DNA of 64,000 nucleotides from Heptranchias perlo (Eukaryota). The translations under genes and the position numbers were made by a program. Below, piece after piece: positions 63,621 to 64,000 of the stretch. The notes beneath the pieces were generated by a model. The model was not told where the DNA came from and did not search any database. It worked only from the letters and a program-made list of their open reading frames with translations. How positions within the stretch are numbered: position 1 is the stretch's first letter; the number at the start of each line of letters is the position of its first letter. Location of the stretch: NCBI RefSeq assembly GCF_035084215.1, contig NC_090325.1, forward strand, positions 82,956,001-83,020,000. The letters are read 5' to 3'.

Positions 63621-64000
63621 GCTGCACAATTTTGAATTGAAGCAAATTATGAGAAAATAAAAATATCTTGTAATCTGTCAAACAATCCATTAGCCATGTA
63701 ACAATTCATTGGAATCAAATGTTTCATTTATTTGAGTTGGAAAAAGTGTAATAGTTTACAGGGAAATTAGCACACATTTGTCTGGAGAGAATCCACAGCA
63801 GTAATATTTGTGCAAGATAATTCCTTCTAATCTGTTGCAGGGAATATCAGTGTTCCCTGAAAAACTCCACTGTTCTTGTCCCTACTTGCTTGTTACCTTC
63901 CCAGCTAGGATCCACTTCAATCCTGTGTAAAATAATGGAATTTGGTTTCTAGAAGTAAACTTGAGGGTTATCTGTACAATAACCTAGTCAATAGGGGAAG

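Overview
AT-rich, repeat-dense vertebrate genomic DNA, most likely from a cartilaginous fish (inferred from the repeat complement: several CR1 families, L2, Deu-domain SINEs, LF-SINE-like copies, Harbinger and Penelope-like elements). The only host gene I can support is the 3' part of CHIC2 on the + strand. Exons 2, 3, 4 and the last coding exon are readable with canonical splice sites. Exon 1 is not in the window, and exon 5 almost certainly lies in the 140-nt N gap. Nearly all other ORFs in the track are decayed transposon fragments or chance ORFs. The most striking structure is a young Penelope-like (RT + GIY-YIG, Neptune-type) family inserted four times. Every copy is a tail-out fold-back palindrome flanked by an 11-13 bp target-site duplication. 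Its termini carry a minimal hammerhead-ribozyme motif, and the two arm ends are always unequal. There is also a four-layer nested transposon stack (CR1 > Harbinger > CR1 > Penelope) and a 3.2-kb ORF1-less LINE with a tRNA-like head. Boundaries of old repeats are approximate. Family names come from remembered motifs, not from database searches.
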